A stretch of DNA of 64,000 nt from Eledone cirrhosa. Its lineage: Eukaryota. The notes below the pieces were generated by a model, which had not been told where the DNA came from, searched no databases, and saw nothing but the letters and a program-made list of their open reading frames with translations. The stretch is taken from NCBI GenBank assembly GCA_964016885.1, contig OZ024762.1:3410001-3474000 (forward strand), in the 5' to 3' direction. Shown in pieces: positions 13,877 to 27,688 of the stretch (positions are counted from its first letter, which is position 1; every line of letters begins with the position of its first letter). The position numbers and the translations under genes were made by a program.

Positions 13877-14710
13877 AGACTATCAGCTATGTCTGATTAA
13901 AAGATCAGCTTTAATTTTTCCACATATACCCAGACTATCAGCTATGTCTGATTAAAATAACTGCCTCCAGTTTTCCACATATACCCCAGACTATCAGCTA
14001 TTTCTGATTAAAATAACTGCCTCCAGTTTTCCACATATACCCAGACTATCAGCTATGTCTGATTAAAATAACTGCCTCCAGTTTTCCACATATACCCCAG
14101 ACTATCAGCTATGTCTGATTAAAATAACTGCCTCCAGTTTTCCACATATACCCCAGACTATCAGCTATGTCTGATTAAAATAACTGCCTCCAGTTTTCCA
14201 CATATACCCAGACTATCAGCTATGTCTGATTAAAATAACTGCCTCCAGTTTTCCACATATACCCCAGACTATCAGCTATGTCTGATTAAAATAACTGCCT
14301 CCAGTTTTCCACATATACCCAGACTATCAACTATGTCTGATTAAAATAACTGCCTCCAGTTTTCCACATATACCCCAGACTATCAGCTATGTCTGATTAA
14401 AATAACTGCCTCCAGTTTTCCACATATACCCAGACTATCAGCTATGTCTGATTAAAATAACTGCCTCCAGTTTTCCACATATACCCAGACTATCAACTAT
14501 GTCTGATTAAAATAACTGCCTCCAGTTTTCCACATATACCCCAGACTATCAGCTATGTCTGATTAAAATAACTGCCTCCAGTTTTCCACATATACCCAGA
14601 CTATCAGCTATGTCTGATTAAAATAACTGCCTCCAGTTTTCCACATATACCCCAGACTATCAGCTATGTCTGATTAAAATAACTGCCTCCAGTTTTCCAC
14701 ATATACCCAG
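13877..14710. repeat. 55/56-bp minisatellite, about 15 copies
   Basis: Unit agactatcagctatgtctgattaaaataactgcctccagttttccacatataccc(c); no spacers. Confidence 0.95.
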
Positions 14711-15101
14711 GAGTTGTGACTAGTGAATGATACCAACAATAGAAAGACCAATGGAAACATTGTTTCCCTGGTCCGACAAGTTCCACCCCACTTGGTAAGT
14801 GAATGAGGTTTGGAGACTTGTTGATCATTTCCATACATATACCCCAGACTCTCAGCTGTGTGTGGTTAAAAGAGCAGCTTTTAATTTTCCACATATACCA
14901 ACAGTAGAAAGACCAATGGAAACATTGTTTCCCTGGTCCGATTGGCAGAGTCGTTAGAATGTCAGATAGAATGCTTTATAGTATTCGTTTGAAGATACTA
15001 TTAAAAGTTGTTTTCTTTTATGTATATATATATATACGTATGTGTGTATATATATGTGTAGGTATATATATATATATATACACACATACATATATATATA
15101 C

Positions 15102-15270
15102 ATTTCAGAAGATCCTGTTAAGAGTGAAAGCAGCGATTCTTTACTTAAGCTTTAATCTGTTTGTATAATAAATATTTGCTCTACGGGTTTTTATATTTAT
15201 GTATATTTTATATATATATAATCCTTATGAAGCCCTCTTCGGATTTTAGTCTTCACATTTATTATTACTA
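15102..15270 (+). mobile_element. Family D pLTR-like copy (HHR-like 15103-15150)
   Basis: ttt-CAGAAGA-TCCtgttaaGAGT-GAAA-GCA...; same tail as the other D copies. Confidence 0.65.
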
Positions 15271-15274
15271 TATA

Positions 15275-15306
<32 letters not shown>

Positions 15307-15711
15307 CATATATATATATGAAGTAATTCCGTCAGAAAAGTCCATAACTATATATATATATATATAACATTAAATATGTTGGAATTGTGTGCTTGTCAAT
15401 AAATTAGCTTAATAGACAGTATCCAGAGTAATATTAAGTCAACCCTGACGAGTTTTCTGAGTCTGCTGAGGTTTAATTATAATCCATAGTTTGTGGTCGA
15501 TATCCATTCACATAGATTGATTTTAAGTCACAGTTTACATTTAACGAAATGGCGCCGTAAGGTCTCTTTTGATTCCATCTTGAGTACATGTTCTTCTCTC
15601 TAATACATATTTAGTATATATACAATATACTGTGTCTTCTCTGGATATATGGTTCTTTCTCTCACTATATATATACATATATCTTCTACTTTTGACAATA
15701 TATATATATAC

Positions 15712-16503
15712 TACTACCACTGCTAGCTGCAAAAGGCTTCTCCCTCAGAATGAAAGGCAGACTGTATGATGCGTGTATCCGAACAGCGATGTTGCATGGT
15801 AGTGAGACCTGGGCGCTGAAGGTGGAAGACTTACGTAGATTAGAGAGAAACGAAGCCTGCATGCTCCGATGGATGTGTAACAGTAATATACGTGAACGAC
15901 AAAGCATAAATGAATTGAGAGAGAGACTGAGCATAAGAGGAATCAAATGCTGCGTGCAGGAGAGGCGGTTACGCTGGTATGGACATGTGATGCGTATGAA
16001 GGATGACAGCTGCATAAAAAGGTGCAGAGCACTAGAAGTTGATGGAAACCGCGGAGTGGGGAGACCCAAGATGACTTGGGATGAGGTGATAAAAGCCGAC
16101 CTTACCCAACTACACCTCTCAAAGTCAATGACACACGACCGTGACTTCTGGCGTCACGCAGTAATACAGGGTACCCGACCTCCCATGGGTACATGCTGAA
16201 GCATATAAACAATATGCCCCCCCCCCACCGCAAGGTGGTCGTGGAGGTGCCACGGCAAAAAAGCACCCAGCCCACACTGTAAAGTGGACGTGTAGGCGCC
16301 ACGAAAAAGCACCCAGCACTCACTGTAAATGAGGTTGGTGTTAAGAAGGGCATCCAGCTGTAGAAATCAAGCCAGATCAGTTCCTGTATGAGCAAGGCAT
16401 GGTCAGCCGACCAGACACTGCCCACAACAGGACAACCCGTCTAACCCATGCTAGCGTGGAAGAACGGACGTAAAACGGTGATGATGATGATGATGATGAT
16501 GAT
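15712..16503 (+). mobile_element. RTE LINE 3' end
   Basis: KGRLYDACIRTAMLHGSETW...RRLRWYGHVMR...GRPKMTW; near-identical to 48630-49403. Confidence 0.92.
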
Positions 16504-16513
16504 ATATATATAT

Positions 16514-16738
16514 AGTTTACTCAGCTGTAGAAATGAGATGATAGGGACTGGGGTCCCTATCATTCCACTGCAAAGTGGTCGTGGAGGTGCCACGGCAAAA
16601 AAGCACCCAGCACTCACTGTAAATGAGGTTGGTGTTAGGAAGGGCATCCAGCTGTAGAAATCAAGCCAGCATCAGTTCCCGTCCCACCCGTGCAAGCAGG
16701 GAAAAAGCGGACGTAAAATGAAATGATGAAATGAATGA

Positions 16739-16740
<2 letters not shown>
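16514..16740 (+). mobile_element. 5'-truncated CORE SINE
   Basis: Matches 51740-51967. Confidence 0.85.
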
Positions 16741-16800
<60 letters not shown>

Positions 16801-16984
16801 AGCAAAGAGGTTGTGGTAAGATAGTAGGTGGATCATAACACACCAGATCTAGCTGTAGAAATTGCCGGATCTCAGCCGTTGGGGTCCTGACACTTTTCCT
16901 ATTACCCACACTACTACCCTATGTATTGAGTACTCTGGTGCGTTATGGTCCACTTGGTTTCTTACCATACTTTCTTTGTTATAT

Positions 16985-17860
16985 AATAATAATGAAATTA
17001 TTGTGTAAAGTGCTCAGGTGCACTACAACTCGTCAATATAGTACATAGAATAATACACAAATGTCAGGGAAGTACATGTGTGTATGTGTTAGCTGTAGTG
17101 TTGGCGGATCTCGGGAAGCATGGAGGCCTTAAAGGATGCAGTGTCTCGACAGCTAACGACTGATGCAGGGAGTTTGTTCCATGGAGGCCTTAAAGGATGC
17201 AGTGTCTCGGCAGCTAACAACTGATGCAGGTAGTTTGTTCCATGGAGGCCTTAAAGGATGCAGTGTCTCGACAACTAACAACTGATGCAGGTAGTTTGTT
17301 CCATGGAGGCCTTAAAGGATGCAGTGTCTCGACAACTAACAACTGATGCAGGTAGTTTGTTCCATGGAGGCCTTAAAGGATGCAGTGTCTCGACAGCTAA
17401 CAACTGATGCAGGTAGTTTGTTCCATGGAGGCCTTAAAGGATGCAGTGTCTCGACAGCTAACAACTGATGCAGGCAGTTTGTTCCATGGAGGCCTTAAAG
17501 GATGCAGTGTCTCGACAGCTAACAACTGATGCAGGCAGTTTGTTCCATGGAGGCCTTAAAGGATGCAGTGTCTCGACAGCTAATAACTGATGCAGGTAGT
17601 TTGTTCCATGCTTCAGCAATTCTGAGCGTGAAAAAATGTTTCCGAAAGTCATGGGAACTGTGCTGTTTTCTTACTTTGTGGGCATGTCCACGTGTGTTAG
17701 ACACATGGAAATCGAAAAGGTACTCAGGGTTGTTGTTGGCAACATGGTTAACAATTTTGTGGGTGTTTACCAAGTCAGTTGCCAGGCGTCGGAGCTTCAA
17801 TGAACCATGCCCAGGGAAGCAAGGCGCTCAGAGTATGGTAGATGCCTGATGGAGGGTATA
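16985..17860 (-). mobile_element. CR1 LINE 3' end with internal tandem amplification
   Basis: KLRRLATDLVNTHKIV...TRGHAHKVRK..FRKHFFTLRIAEAWNKLP; (ATT)n tail. Confidence 0.9.
17119..17606. repeat. 61-bp tandem repeat, 8 copies, derived from CR1
   Basis: Unit catggaggccttaaaggatgcagtgtctcgacagctaacaactgatgcaggtagtttgttc; single copy in the CR1 at about 18846-18910. Confidence 0.95.
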
Positions 17861-18477
17861 TCAGATACAGAGCTTAGCTTCGTTTACAAACAGCAGAGAA
17901 TTTGTGAATTAGATAGTGAAATAGAGCTTCTGCCATATTCTTGACTAAGTAAATTAGCCCAACAGTTGGAGTTATAAAAACCCACCTTTTTTCCATTCTG
18001 TGGCTTTTTATAACTCCAACTATTAGGCTAATTTACAGTAGAAGCTCTATTTTCACTATCTAATATATATATATATATGTATATATATAAGAAGACAACA
18101 TTTTAATAGTATCTTCAAACTTGTTTAAGCGCCTGAAGACTAGGTCACAAATGTGATCCCTCTTACTCTCTGGAAATATAGTCAGTATTGGCTGTTGGAG
18201 CCTGGGGTAACACTTTTGTTCATTGTATGAATTTAAATAAATAATATTATAATGTATATCTATACTATAAATGAGAGTGTATATGTGTATGTGTGTATGT
18301 CTCTCAAAGGCTCTGAAATGGTACATTGTAAAAAAAACGGTTTTCATTTTCAAAATCTGCGTCTCAAGGAGAATGTTTTAGGGTTGTTGTTTATGAAAAA
18401 ATGTAATTGTTACGACATATAAATCAACTTCAAGATCGTCAATATTGAATATCATTAGAATACACAACTGTTAGAAT

Positions 18478-19045
18478 AAGGCTGTATACAGCTATGGTGC
18501 GACCACACTTAGAATTTGCATCACCAGTCTGGAACCCCTATCTTGCTCAGGACATTGACCGCCTGGAAACTGTTCAGAGATGTGCAACCAAGCGAATACC
18601 CTCCATCAGGCATCTACCATACTCTGAGCGCCTTGCTTCCCTGGGCATGGATTCATTGAAGCTCCGACGCCTGGCAACTGACTTGGTAAACACCCACAAA
18701 ATTGTTAACCATGTTGCCAACAACAACCCTGAATGCCTTTTCGATTTCCCTGTGTCTAACACACGTGGACATGCCCACAAAGTAAGAAAACAGCACAGTT
18801 CCCATGACTTTCGGAAACATTTTTCACGCTCAGAGTTGCTGAAGCATGGAACAAACTACCTGCATCAGTTGTTAGCTGTCGAGACACTGCATCCTTTAAG
18901 GCCTCCATGCTTCCCGAGATCCGCCAACACTACAGCTAACACATACAAACATGTACTTCCCTGGCATTTGTGTATTATTCTATGTACTATATTGACGAGT
19001 TGTAGTGCACCTGAGCACTTTACACAATAATTTCATTATTATTAT
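18478..19045 (+). mobile_element. CR1 LINE 3' end
   Basis: MVRPHLEFASPVWNPYLAQDIDRLETVQR...TRGH; (ATT)n tail. Confidence 0.92.
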
Positions 19046-19333
19046 TAATACCTCTCTATATATCATGTGTATATGTGTGTCTGTCTCTTCAATGTGTATA
19101 TGTGTGCTGTCTCTTCAATGTGTATATGTGTGCTGTCTCTTCAATGTGTATATGTGTGTCTGTCTCTTCAATGTGTATGTGTGTGTCTGTCTCTTCTATG
19201 TGTATGTGTATATGTGTGTCTGTTTCTTCAATGTGTATGTGTGTGGTGTCTCTTCTATGTGTATGTGTATATGTGTGTCCTTCAGTAAACATGTATACGT
19301 GAAGCCACTCTCTAAACTTTCTCGTCTTTCCAG

Positions 19334-19578
19334 ATGGCTGGATCGGGTACATCCGAGGCTGTTACACCCGGGGAATGCTTCCAGGGATTGATGACACGGT
19401 CAACGGCTGCCGTTACTGGACATCTCCCAACAACAACATGACGGCACTCTACTGTTTCTGTGACACTGACTACTGTAACAGTGCTCCCACTGCTTACTAT
19501 CGCTCCACCACCACCACCGTCCTCATCGCTGTGGTCGCTACCCTCGCCGCCACCTTCAGCGTTCGTGACGCTCTGTGA
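19334..19578 (+). CDS. Terminal coding exon of Ly6/uPAR (quiver-like) protein, Cys6-10 plus GPI-type signal
   Basis: Acceptor tcgtctttccag|; phase 1 joins the upstream exon in frame: D-GWIGYIRGCYTRGMLPGIDDTVNGCRYWTSPNNNMTALYCFCDTDYCN-SA...VLIAVVATLAATFSVRDAL*. Confidence 0.9.
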
Positions 19579-20443
19579 ATGAAGAAAAAGAAGAGGAAGA
19601 TTTTAAATTGGAAAAAAAGAAAGTACCCCCACCCCCCACACACAACACACTTACATACTTACATACATACACATACACGCACACACGCACACATGTACAT
19701 ACTTACATACATACACATATGCACGTACACATCCATCCACACACATACACATACACACATACACATACACACATATGTACATATACACACAGGCAGACAC
19801 ACACACACATACATATATGCACATACACACATACACACACATACACACACATACATGTATACACACACATACATATACACATACATATACACACATACAT
19901 ACACATACACACACACATACATATACACATACATATACACACATCATACACATACACACACATACATGTACACACATACATACACACACACATACACATA
20001 TATGCACATATACATACACATACACACATACACATATACATGTACACACACACATACACACATATACACACATACATACACATACACACACACACATACA
20101 TGTACACACATGCACACACACACACATATATGCACATATACATGTACACACACACATACACACACATGCATATACACATACATATACACATACATACACA
20201 TACACGCACACACGCACGCACACATACATGTACACACATACATACATACACACACACACACATATATGCACATATACATACATATACACACATACACACA
20301 CATACTCATATACATACACACATACACATATACATACACACAAACAAATACAAACACACAAACACACAACACCAACTGTTGCACCTCCTTCTGTTTTGTT
20401 GCCCCCCCCCCCCCCCCCCTTCTGACTCCTTTGTTTAAAATGT

Positions 20444-20524
<81 letters not shown>

Positions 20525-20573
20525 ATTTAAAAAAGAACATTACAAGTTTTTTATGACAACTGTGTATGTACAT

Positions 20574-20608
<35 letters not shown>

Positions 20609-20647
20609 TACATGTATATATATGTGTATGTGTATGCATACATATGC

Positions 20648-20678
<31 letters not shown>

Positions 20679-20819
20679 TGTATATGTATATATATGTATT
20701 ATACTTTGGGAGGGTCATGTTGCCAATAAGAAACACACGCACCAGTTGCTTTCAATTTAGGAATTTACAAATTTCCGGTTGGTTGGTTGGTTCCACAACC
20801 AGATGATTGTTTATATATT

Positions 20820-20862
20820 GTCAAAGTTCTTTCGTCACACATTCTGTGACCTCTTCAGTGAC
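20820..20862 (-). ncRNA. Minimal type I hammerhead (family G)
   Basis: GTCA-CTGAAGA-G-GTCACAgaatgTGTGAC-GAAA-GaaC-TT-TGAC. Confidence 0.65.
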
Positions 20863-20930
20863 TGGGGATTCTTTTCTATGTTTTTGTGCCTCTCCTTTGT
20901 TCTGTCCTACGCCATCTATATATATATATG

Positions 20931-21027
<97 letters not shown>

Positions 21028-21037
21028 GATGATGATG

Positions 21038-21083
<46 letters not shown>

Positions 21084-21189
21084 ATTTCTCTCTTTACTGT
21101 GTTATATATATACAATCTCACACACATATATATATATGTATACACATATATATATATATTTATACATATGTATTCACACACACACACAC

Positions 21190-21227
<38 letters not shown>

Positions 21228-21287
21228 GGGTGTGTGTGTGTGTGTGTGAATACATATGTATAAACATATATATATATGTATGTGTGT

Positions 21288-21328
<41 letters not shown>

Positions 21329-21347
21329 GACAGACATATCTATATAT

Positions 21348-21399
<52 letters not shown>

Positions 21400-21728
21400 C
21401 AGTAAAGAGAGAAATACACACACACACACACACATATATATATATCATCATCATCATCATCGTTTAACGTCCATCTACCAAGCTACACATTCATGTGTGT
21501 GTTGAAATCATAAGGGATATCAAACCACAGAATGACAAATATATTTACAGATAGAAGAGTTTATAGAAATTAATTAAAAGAATAAAGACTTTGAACGTGT
21601 CTGGATGTCAATAGTTATTATGTTCGGTTTGTATACTTTAATTTATTCTTTAAATTAATTTGTATAAACCATTCTATCTGTAGTTAATATATTCATCACC
21701 CTGGTGGTTTTATATCCTCTATGAATTG

Positions 21729-21777
<49 letters not shown>

Positions 21778-21821
21778 GTTATTCAAAATATTGCTGGCCT
21801 TGTGCCTAAAGTATAAACAAT

Positions 21822-22136
21822 TATTTAAAATATTAATAAATGAAGACGTTCACATAATCAAAATATATGTTTTATTATATATATTTCGGAGGTAGTGTGC
21901 TGTTTTTTCAGTACGTCCTCATCAGATAAAATACATAAATTGATGTACGACATACCTCAACTGTCTTGATGGTTTAATTCCAGTCAGCCAAAACATATAT
22001 TTTGATTATGTGAACGTCTTCATTTATTAATATTTTGAATAATATTAATAACTCCAGAAAACTTCTTTGTTGAGTGCTTTGAATCTATTGTAAAACTATA
22101 TTCATTGAGTAATCAATGAACCTTATTAACATTTGG

Positions 22137-22140
<4 letters not shown>
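21822..22140. mobile_element. pLTR fold-back with HHR (family E, 21870-21931, minus)
   Basis: Arms about 21822-21872/21991-22044; TTTTAT-CTGATGA-GGA...TCC-GAAA-TATATA-TA-ATAAAA. Confidence 0.7.
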
Positions 22141-22182
<42 letters not shown>

Positions 22183-22286
22183 CTGTGTGTATTTCTCTCT
22201 TTACTATGTTATAAAGAGCTCAGAATTTCTTCCTTGAGCTTATTTGATTATAAAGAAATATTGTTTTAATCTCAACATATTTAAAT

Positions 22287-22357
<71 letters not shown>

Positions 22358-22877
22358 TGGACAAGTATGACCCCCGACGGCAGAGCTCAAGCCGTTTCGA
22401 CGGCTAATTCAGTCCAGAATGGCAAGGGCCGTAACTCTATGCGTCAAATAATAATAATAATAATAATATATAAGGCAACAAAGAATCAGTGTTGCATCAT
22501 ATACATATTTAATTACATATTACATATGTTTCACTGTCAATCAGCTCGAGGAACAATTGATTAATGGTTGATCCTGACTCTGGAATCGGAAGCTCCTCAG
22601 ATATGTCTTTACATATATATATATATGTGGTGTGTATGTATATATATATACACACACACATACACACACACAACTCCCATCAACACATACTTCACCATGA
22701 TGAATGTGACCATTCCTGGCCCCATGTATGGGCTCCCCCCCCCCCCTGCTCATCACTTACCTCATGTGTCCCCAAAATATGTGGTCCTACCCTCATATTT
22801 TACCATCTGTGTAACACCACACTCACATTGACTAAACCCACTGAAAGTCATTCCTTGCTCAGGTCCCTCTATCCGCC

Positions 22878-22911
<34 letters not shown>

Positions 22912-23100
22912 CGTCCTGTATTGTCCTGTACTGTCCTTAATGTCTACTTTGTGTAAACCCTTGTGGTTAATAAAGAACCAGTATATATATTTGTTATTGA
23001 AAAAGTTAATTAATCCAGGTGGGAGGTATTTTTTGTACTATAGGTAGTAATCAATATACAAATACATATATATATATATTTTGAGTATATGTTGGTTGTT

Positions 23101-23151
23101 TACCTGAAGAGGTGACAGTTAATGATGGTTGTCACCAAAATATATATAGCA
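23101..23151 (+). ncRNA. Degenerate type I hammerhead
   Basis: CTGAAGA-GGTGACA...TGTCACC-aAAA-TATATA-TA; G12 lost (probable CpG decay). Confidence 0.45.
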
Positions 23152-23435
23152 GTATATCTATAATTTATAATAAACGAAGCCAAATGTTACATATTTGACT
23201 TAATTATTTTATATATATCTCTTTCTCTCTCTCTCTATATATATGTATGTATGTGTATATAGATATATGTATGTATGTGTATATAGATATATGTATGTGT
23301 ATATAGATATATATATGTATTTGTATATAAACAAATTTGTATGTATTTGTATATAAATATATATGTATGTGTATATAAATATATATATATAAATATTTAT
23401 AAATATATACATATATATATATGTATATATATATA

Positions 23436-23466
<31 letters not shown>

Positions 23467-23641
23467 GAATATATATGTATATAAGAATATATATATAAGA
23501 ATATGTATATAAGAATATATATATAAGAATATATATATATGAATATATATATATATATATATATTCATATATATATTCTTATATACATATATATATATTC
23601 TTATATACATATATATATATTCATATATATATATATATATA

Positions 23642-23708
<67 letters not shown>

Positions 23709-24287
23709 CATACACACACACACACATATATATATATACACTACCGTAAACTCTTGGTAGATTTATCTACATATATATATACATATATATATGTATGTAT
23801 ATATTTATAAATATTTATATATATATATATATATATATTTATATACACATACATATATATTTATATATAAATACATACATATTTATATTTATTTATATAC
23901 AAATACATCTATATATCTATATACGCATACATACATATATACATATATATGTATATATATTTGTTGTTGAAAAAGTTAATTAATCCAGGTGGAAGATATT
24001 ATTTGTACTATAGGTAGTTATTAATCTAATTGTAAGCCATATTTTGCATTCAGTGTAGACAGAGATATTCACAGCTAAAAAGACTCTGCTGTGATACCAT
24101 TGTAATTAACTTCCATAATATCCCAGATTACATAACAGACTAAATTTAATTAAAATATGGAAAGGAGTACAGATATGTGTATCACAGAAATGTATATCAC
24201 ATTAAAATACAGAAATGTAATGTGTTTCTGTCCTCTCCGTGTGTGTATATTTATGTATGTGTGTGTGTGTGTATAAGTGCGTGTGTG

Positions 24288-24334
<47 letters not shown>

Positions 24335-24539
24335 AATAGAAATGGCTTATACAGGACTAGAACTGTTTCATTATATATATATATCTAATACATTATGTAT
24401 ATGTATTAGATATATATATATTTGTATATATATATATATCAACAGTCGATCGACTTTCGTCAAATTGGACCAAGGAAACAATGTTTCCGTTGGTCTTTCC
24501 AATTGCTAATACTATCTATCGGTCGCAACTCCAGGTAGA

Positions 24540-24662
24540 AGCAGCAACATGAAATAAAGTGTCTTGCTCAAGGACATAACTCATCGTGCGGTCCTGGAAT
24601 CGAACTCACAACCTTACGATTGCAAATCCAATTCTCTAACCCCTCAGCCACGCGCCTTCACT
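24540..24662 (-). mobile_element. CORE SINE tRNA head
   Basis: A/B boxes plus gtccttgagcaagacactttattt. Confidence 0.75.
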
Positions 24663-24860
24663 ACATTATATATAAGCATTAAATATATATATATATATAA
24701 TGACAAAACAATGTTGTCTCTGATTGAGATGAAGCAAGGGTGTATATGCATGCGTATAAAAATAAGAAAACTCATCGCTAGAACAACCATTACAACACCT
24801 TTGACTGCATTTAGGTGTTGTAATGGCCATTCTAGTGATGAGTTTTCTCATTTTTATATG

Positions 24861-24900
<40 letters not shown>

Positions 24901-24919
24901 TACTCAGCTGTAGAAATGA

Positions 24920-24968
<49 letters not shown>

Positions 24969-24969
24969 G

Positions 24970-25190
24970 GTTTACTCAGCTGTAGAAATGAGATGATAGG
25001 GACCCCAGTCCCTATCATTCCACTGTAAAGTGGACGTGTAGGTGCCACGGATAAAAAGCACCTAGCACTCACTGTAAATGAGGTTGGTGTTAGGAAGGGC
25101 ATCCAGCTGTAGAAATCAAGCCAGAATCAGTTCCCGTTCCACCCTTGCAAGCAGGGAAAAGTGGACGTAAAATTAAATGATGATGATGAT
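24970..25190 (+). mobile_element. 5'-truncated CORE SINE
   Basis: Matches 51740-51967. Confidence 0.85.
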
Positions 25191-25608
25191 ATATATATAT
25201 ATATATATGCATACATATATAAAATGTTTTTCGAATAAGAAAACAGATAATGGTAGGTGAAGAAGTTATTACAGCTCAAAATATTAGTTTTATTACAGTA
25301 GGCTACATACTCAGAAGGCTATATACAATTCTATTTGTATGAAATCCTTATTTTAGATGTTTAAGTACACTCATAGAGTAAATATTACATTGAAAATGTA
25401 GTCATTTCACATTGGTGTAAGGTTCTAGACATATTGACTGGAAGATTTGAAAATGATTTTTTTGTTTTCCTACTAATCCTGATAAATCCGATCATTTGTT
25501 CATATAATTGATCGACTAATTATATGTTTTATGATGTGGAAGAAACGTGTGTTAATTAAAATATAATATAATTAACAGTCTTTGGTCTTTTCTCTCTCTC
25601 TCTCTCTG

Positions 25609-25646
<38 letters not shown>

Positions 25647-25697
25647 AAATACACTAAATTTCCCTAGTATATTACAAACACCGTGTATAATTTTAAT

Positions 25698-25810
25698 CAG
25701 TTTTTCTGATGATTTGCTTAAGCATACATTGTATTTAAAATTGAGTGACACAACTTAAAATGATTAGCAATTTTTAGACAACTTAATCAATGAAACAATT
25801 GTTAATACTG
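25698..25810 (+). ncRNA. Type I hammerhead candidate with long stem II loop
   Basis: CAGTTTTT-CTGATGA-TTTGcTTAAG...CTTAAtCAAT-GAAA-CAATTG-TT-AATACTG; palindromic stem III. Confidence 0.5.
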
Positions 25811-25857
25811 TAAATAAAACCCTTTTTGTACTGTTGACCATGTTATTCTTCACTCTT

Positions 25858-25897
<40 letters not shown>

Positions 25898-26122
25898 GTA
25901 TATATATATATACTCATTTGGGTTTGTTGGCTCACCACTGAATAGAACTGGTCATACCGTATAGTCAACCTTGATGTAATATTAGGGAGAGCACTCGATG
26001 TAATGCAACTCACCCCTCTTCGTTTGTGTTGTTGGTGGTACGAGTACGGAGTTAATTATTACTTGAGGGCAGCCAACCGGACTGGCAACTGCTAATTGTT
26101 TGGCCGCCTTCTCGTCTCTCAA

Positions 26123-26442
26123 TGCAGATCCTACACAAGAGATGTAGCGGGATAGAAGGCAAACTAACAGGTAGGGAGAAATATGTATGCAGTAGATGTA
26201 CAGGGAAATTATACAGTAGAAGTCGCATTGATAGACACATTTTTCAAATGCAGGTGGGTGCTATAGAAGTGGTGGATAGCTTCCGGTACCTAGGGTGGAG
26301 GTGGTGAGAACAGACCTCAGATCGCTGAAGCTCACGGTGGAGATGACGAAGGACCGTGACAAGTGGAGAGATGCTGTGCTGAATAAGACCCGTCCCTTGC
26401 AAGCAGGGAAAAGCGGACGTAAAATGATGATGATGATGATGA
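26123..26442 (+). mobile_element. Internally deleted RTE fragment
   Basis: HKRCSGIEGKL..YVCSRC..VVDSFRYLG joined directly to the ORF end W.EVVRTDL..MTKDRDKWR and tail. Confidence 0.75.
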
Positions 26443-26808
26443 CGATATATATATATATGTATATATATTCTATATGTTAAATGTAATTATCATTTAATAA
26501 AATATATAGTTATTTCCTACCATTAATATTCCCTTCATGGATTATGTTCTTCTTCATGTCTCTACATCACACAACAAATGTTTATCCAACTAGAATTTAT
26601 GTCTTGTTTCATATTGTTGCTTTTAATGTGTTGTTGAATAATAATCACGATAATAATGAACATGATAATAATAATAATAATAATAATACGATGTCTGTTT
26701 TTGTTCCACATATACATGTGTATGTATGCATATATACATTTGTATATATTATATGTATTTATTCATATATACATATATATGTATGCATATATATATATAT
26801 ATATATCC

Positions 26809-26916
<108 letters not shown>

Positions 26917-27099
26917 ATGTGTGTGAAATGTAATTTTCGTACAGGAATGCTTTAAAAGCAGTGTCATGACCGAAATCTATTTCAATATCCTCATCTGCTC
27001 TGTAAACCCACAGGTTGCACAGCTTTAACATCTCATTAATGGTTATGTATATATATATATATCATGTGTGTGTGTGTATATATATATATGTATATACAC

Positions 27100-27336
27100 T
27101 AATAATAATGAAAGGGATGAAATGTTAGATCTTCATTCCGTTTATTGAGGTGTGATGCATGTTTCGCGATTGGTCAATCGCAAAACGCACGTCACACCTC
27201 AATAAACCTAATGAAGATCTAACACTTCATCCTATTTATTATTAATATTTGCTTAGTACAACACCAATATACCTACTGGTAACTACGCATTGAGTGCTCA
27301 ATCTGGTGTACTTGCACTAACTGGACGTTACAACCC
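27100..27336. mobile_element. pLTR fold-back centred on an HHR stem II
   Basis: Arms about 27100-27171/27176-27245; centre GCGATT-ggtc-AATCGC flanked by GAAAC/aAAAC..GTC; tail contains ttgagtgc. Confidence 0.6.
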
Positions 27337-27365
<29 letters not shown>

Positions 27366-27368
<3 letters not shown>

Positions 27369-27532
27369 TATTAAAATAACAGATTAAAGTTTAAGCAAAG
27401 AATCGCTGCTTTCACCCTTAACGGGATCTTCTGAAACTAACAAAGTCAAATGTTCTACGGTTCTTATATATTTGATATATATTTATCCTTATCGAGCCCT
27501 CTTTGGATTTTTGTCTTCAAATTTATTATTAT

Positions 27533-27535
<3 letters not shown>
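27366..27535. mobile_element. Family D copy (HHR-like 27388-27438, minus)
   Basis: AGTTT-CAGAAGA-TCCCgttaaGGGT-GAAA-GCA..TGC-TT-AAACT. Confidence 0.7.
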
Positions 27536-27596
<61 letters not shown>

Positions 27597-27628
27597 TAAA
27601 TGGAAACTATCTCTATAAAACCATATTT

Positions 27629-27688
27629 ATTTTATTATATATATTTCAAGGGTACCAACATTTTTAGTACGCTCTCATCAGATAAAAT
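27629..27688 (-). ncRNA. Type I hammerhead (family E)
   Basis: ATTTTAT-CTGATGA-GAGcGTAC..GTACcCTT-GAAA-TATATA-TA-ATAAAAT. Confidence 0.72.
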
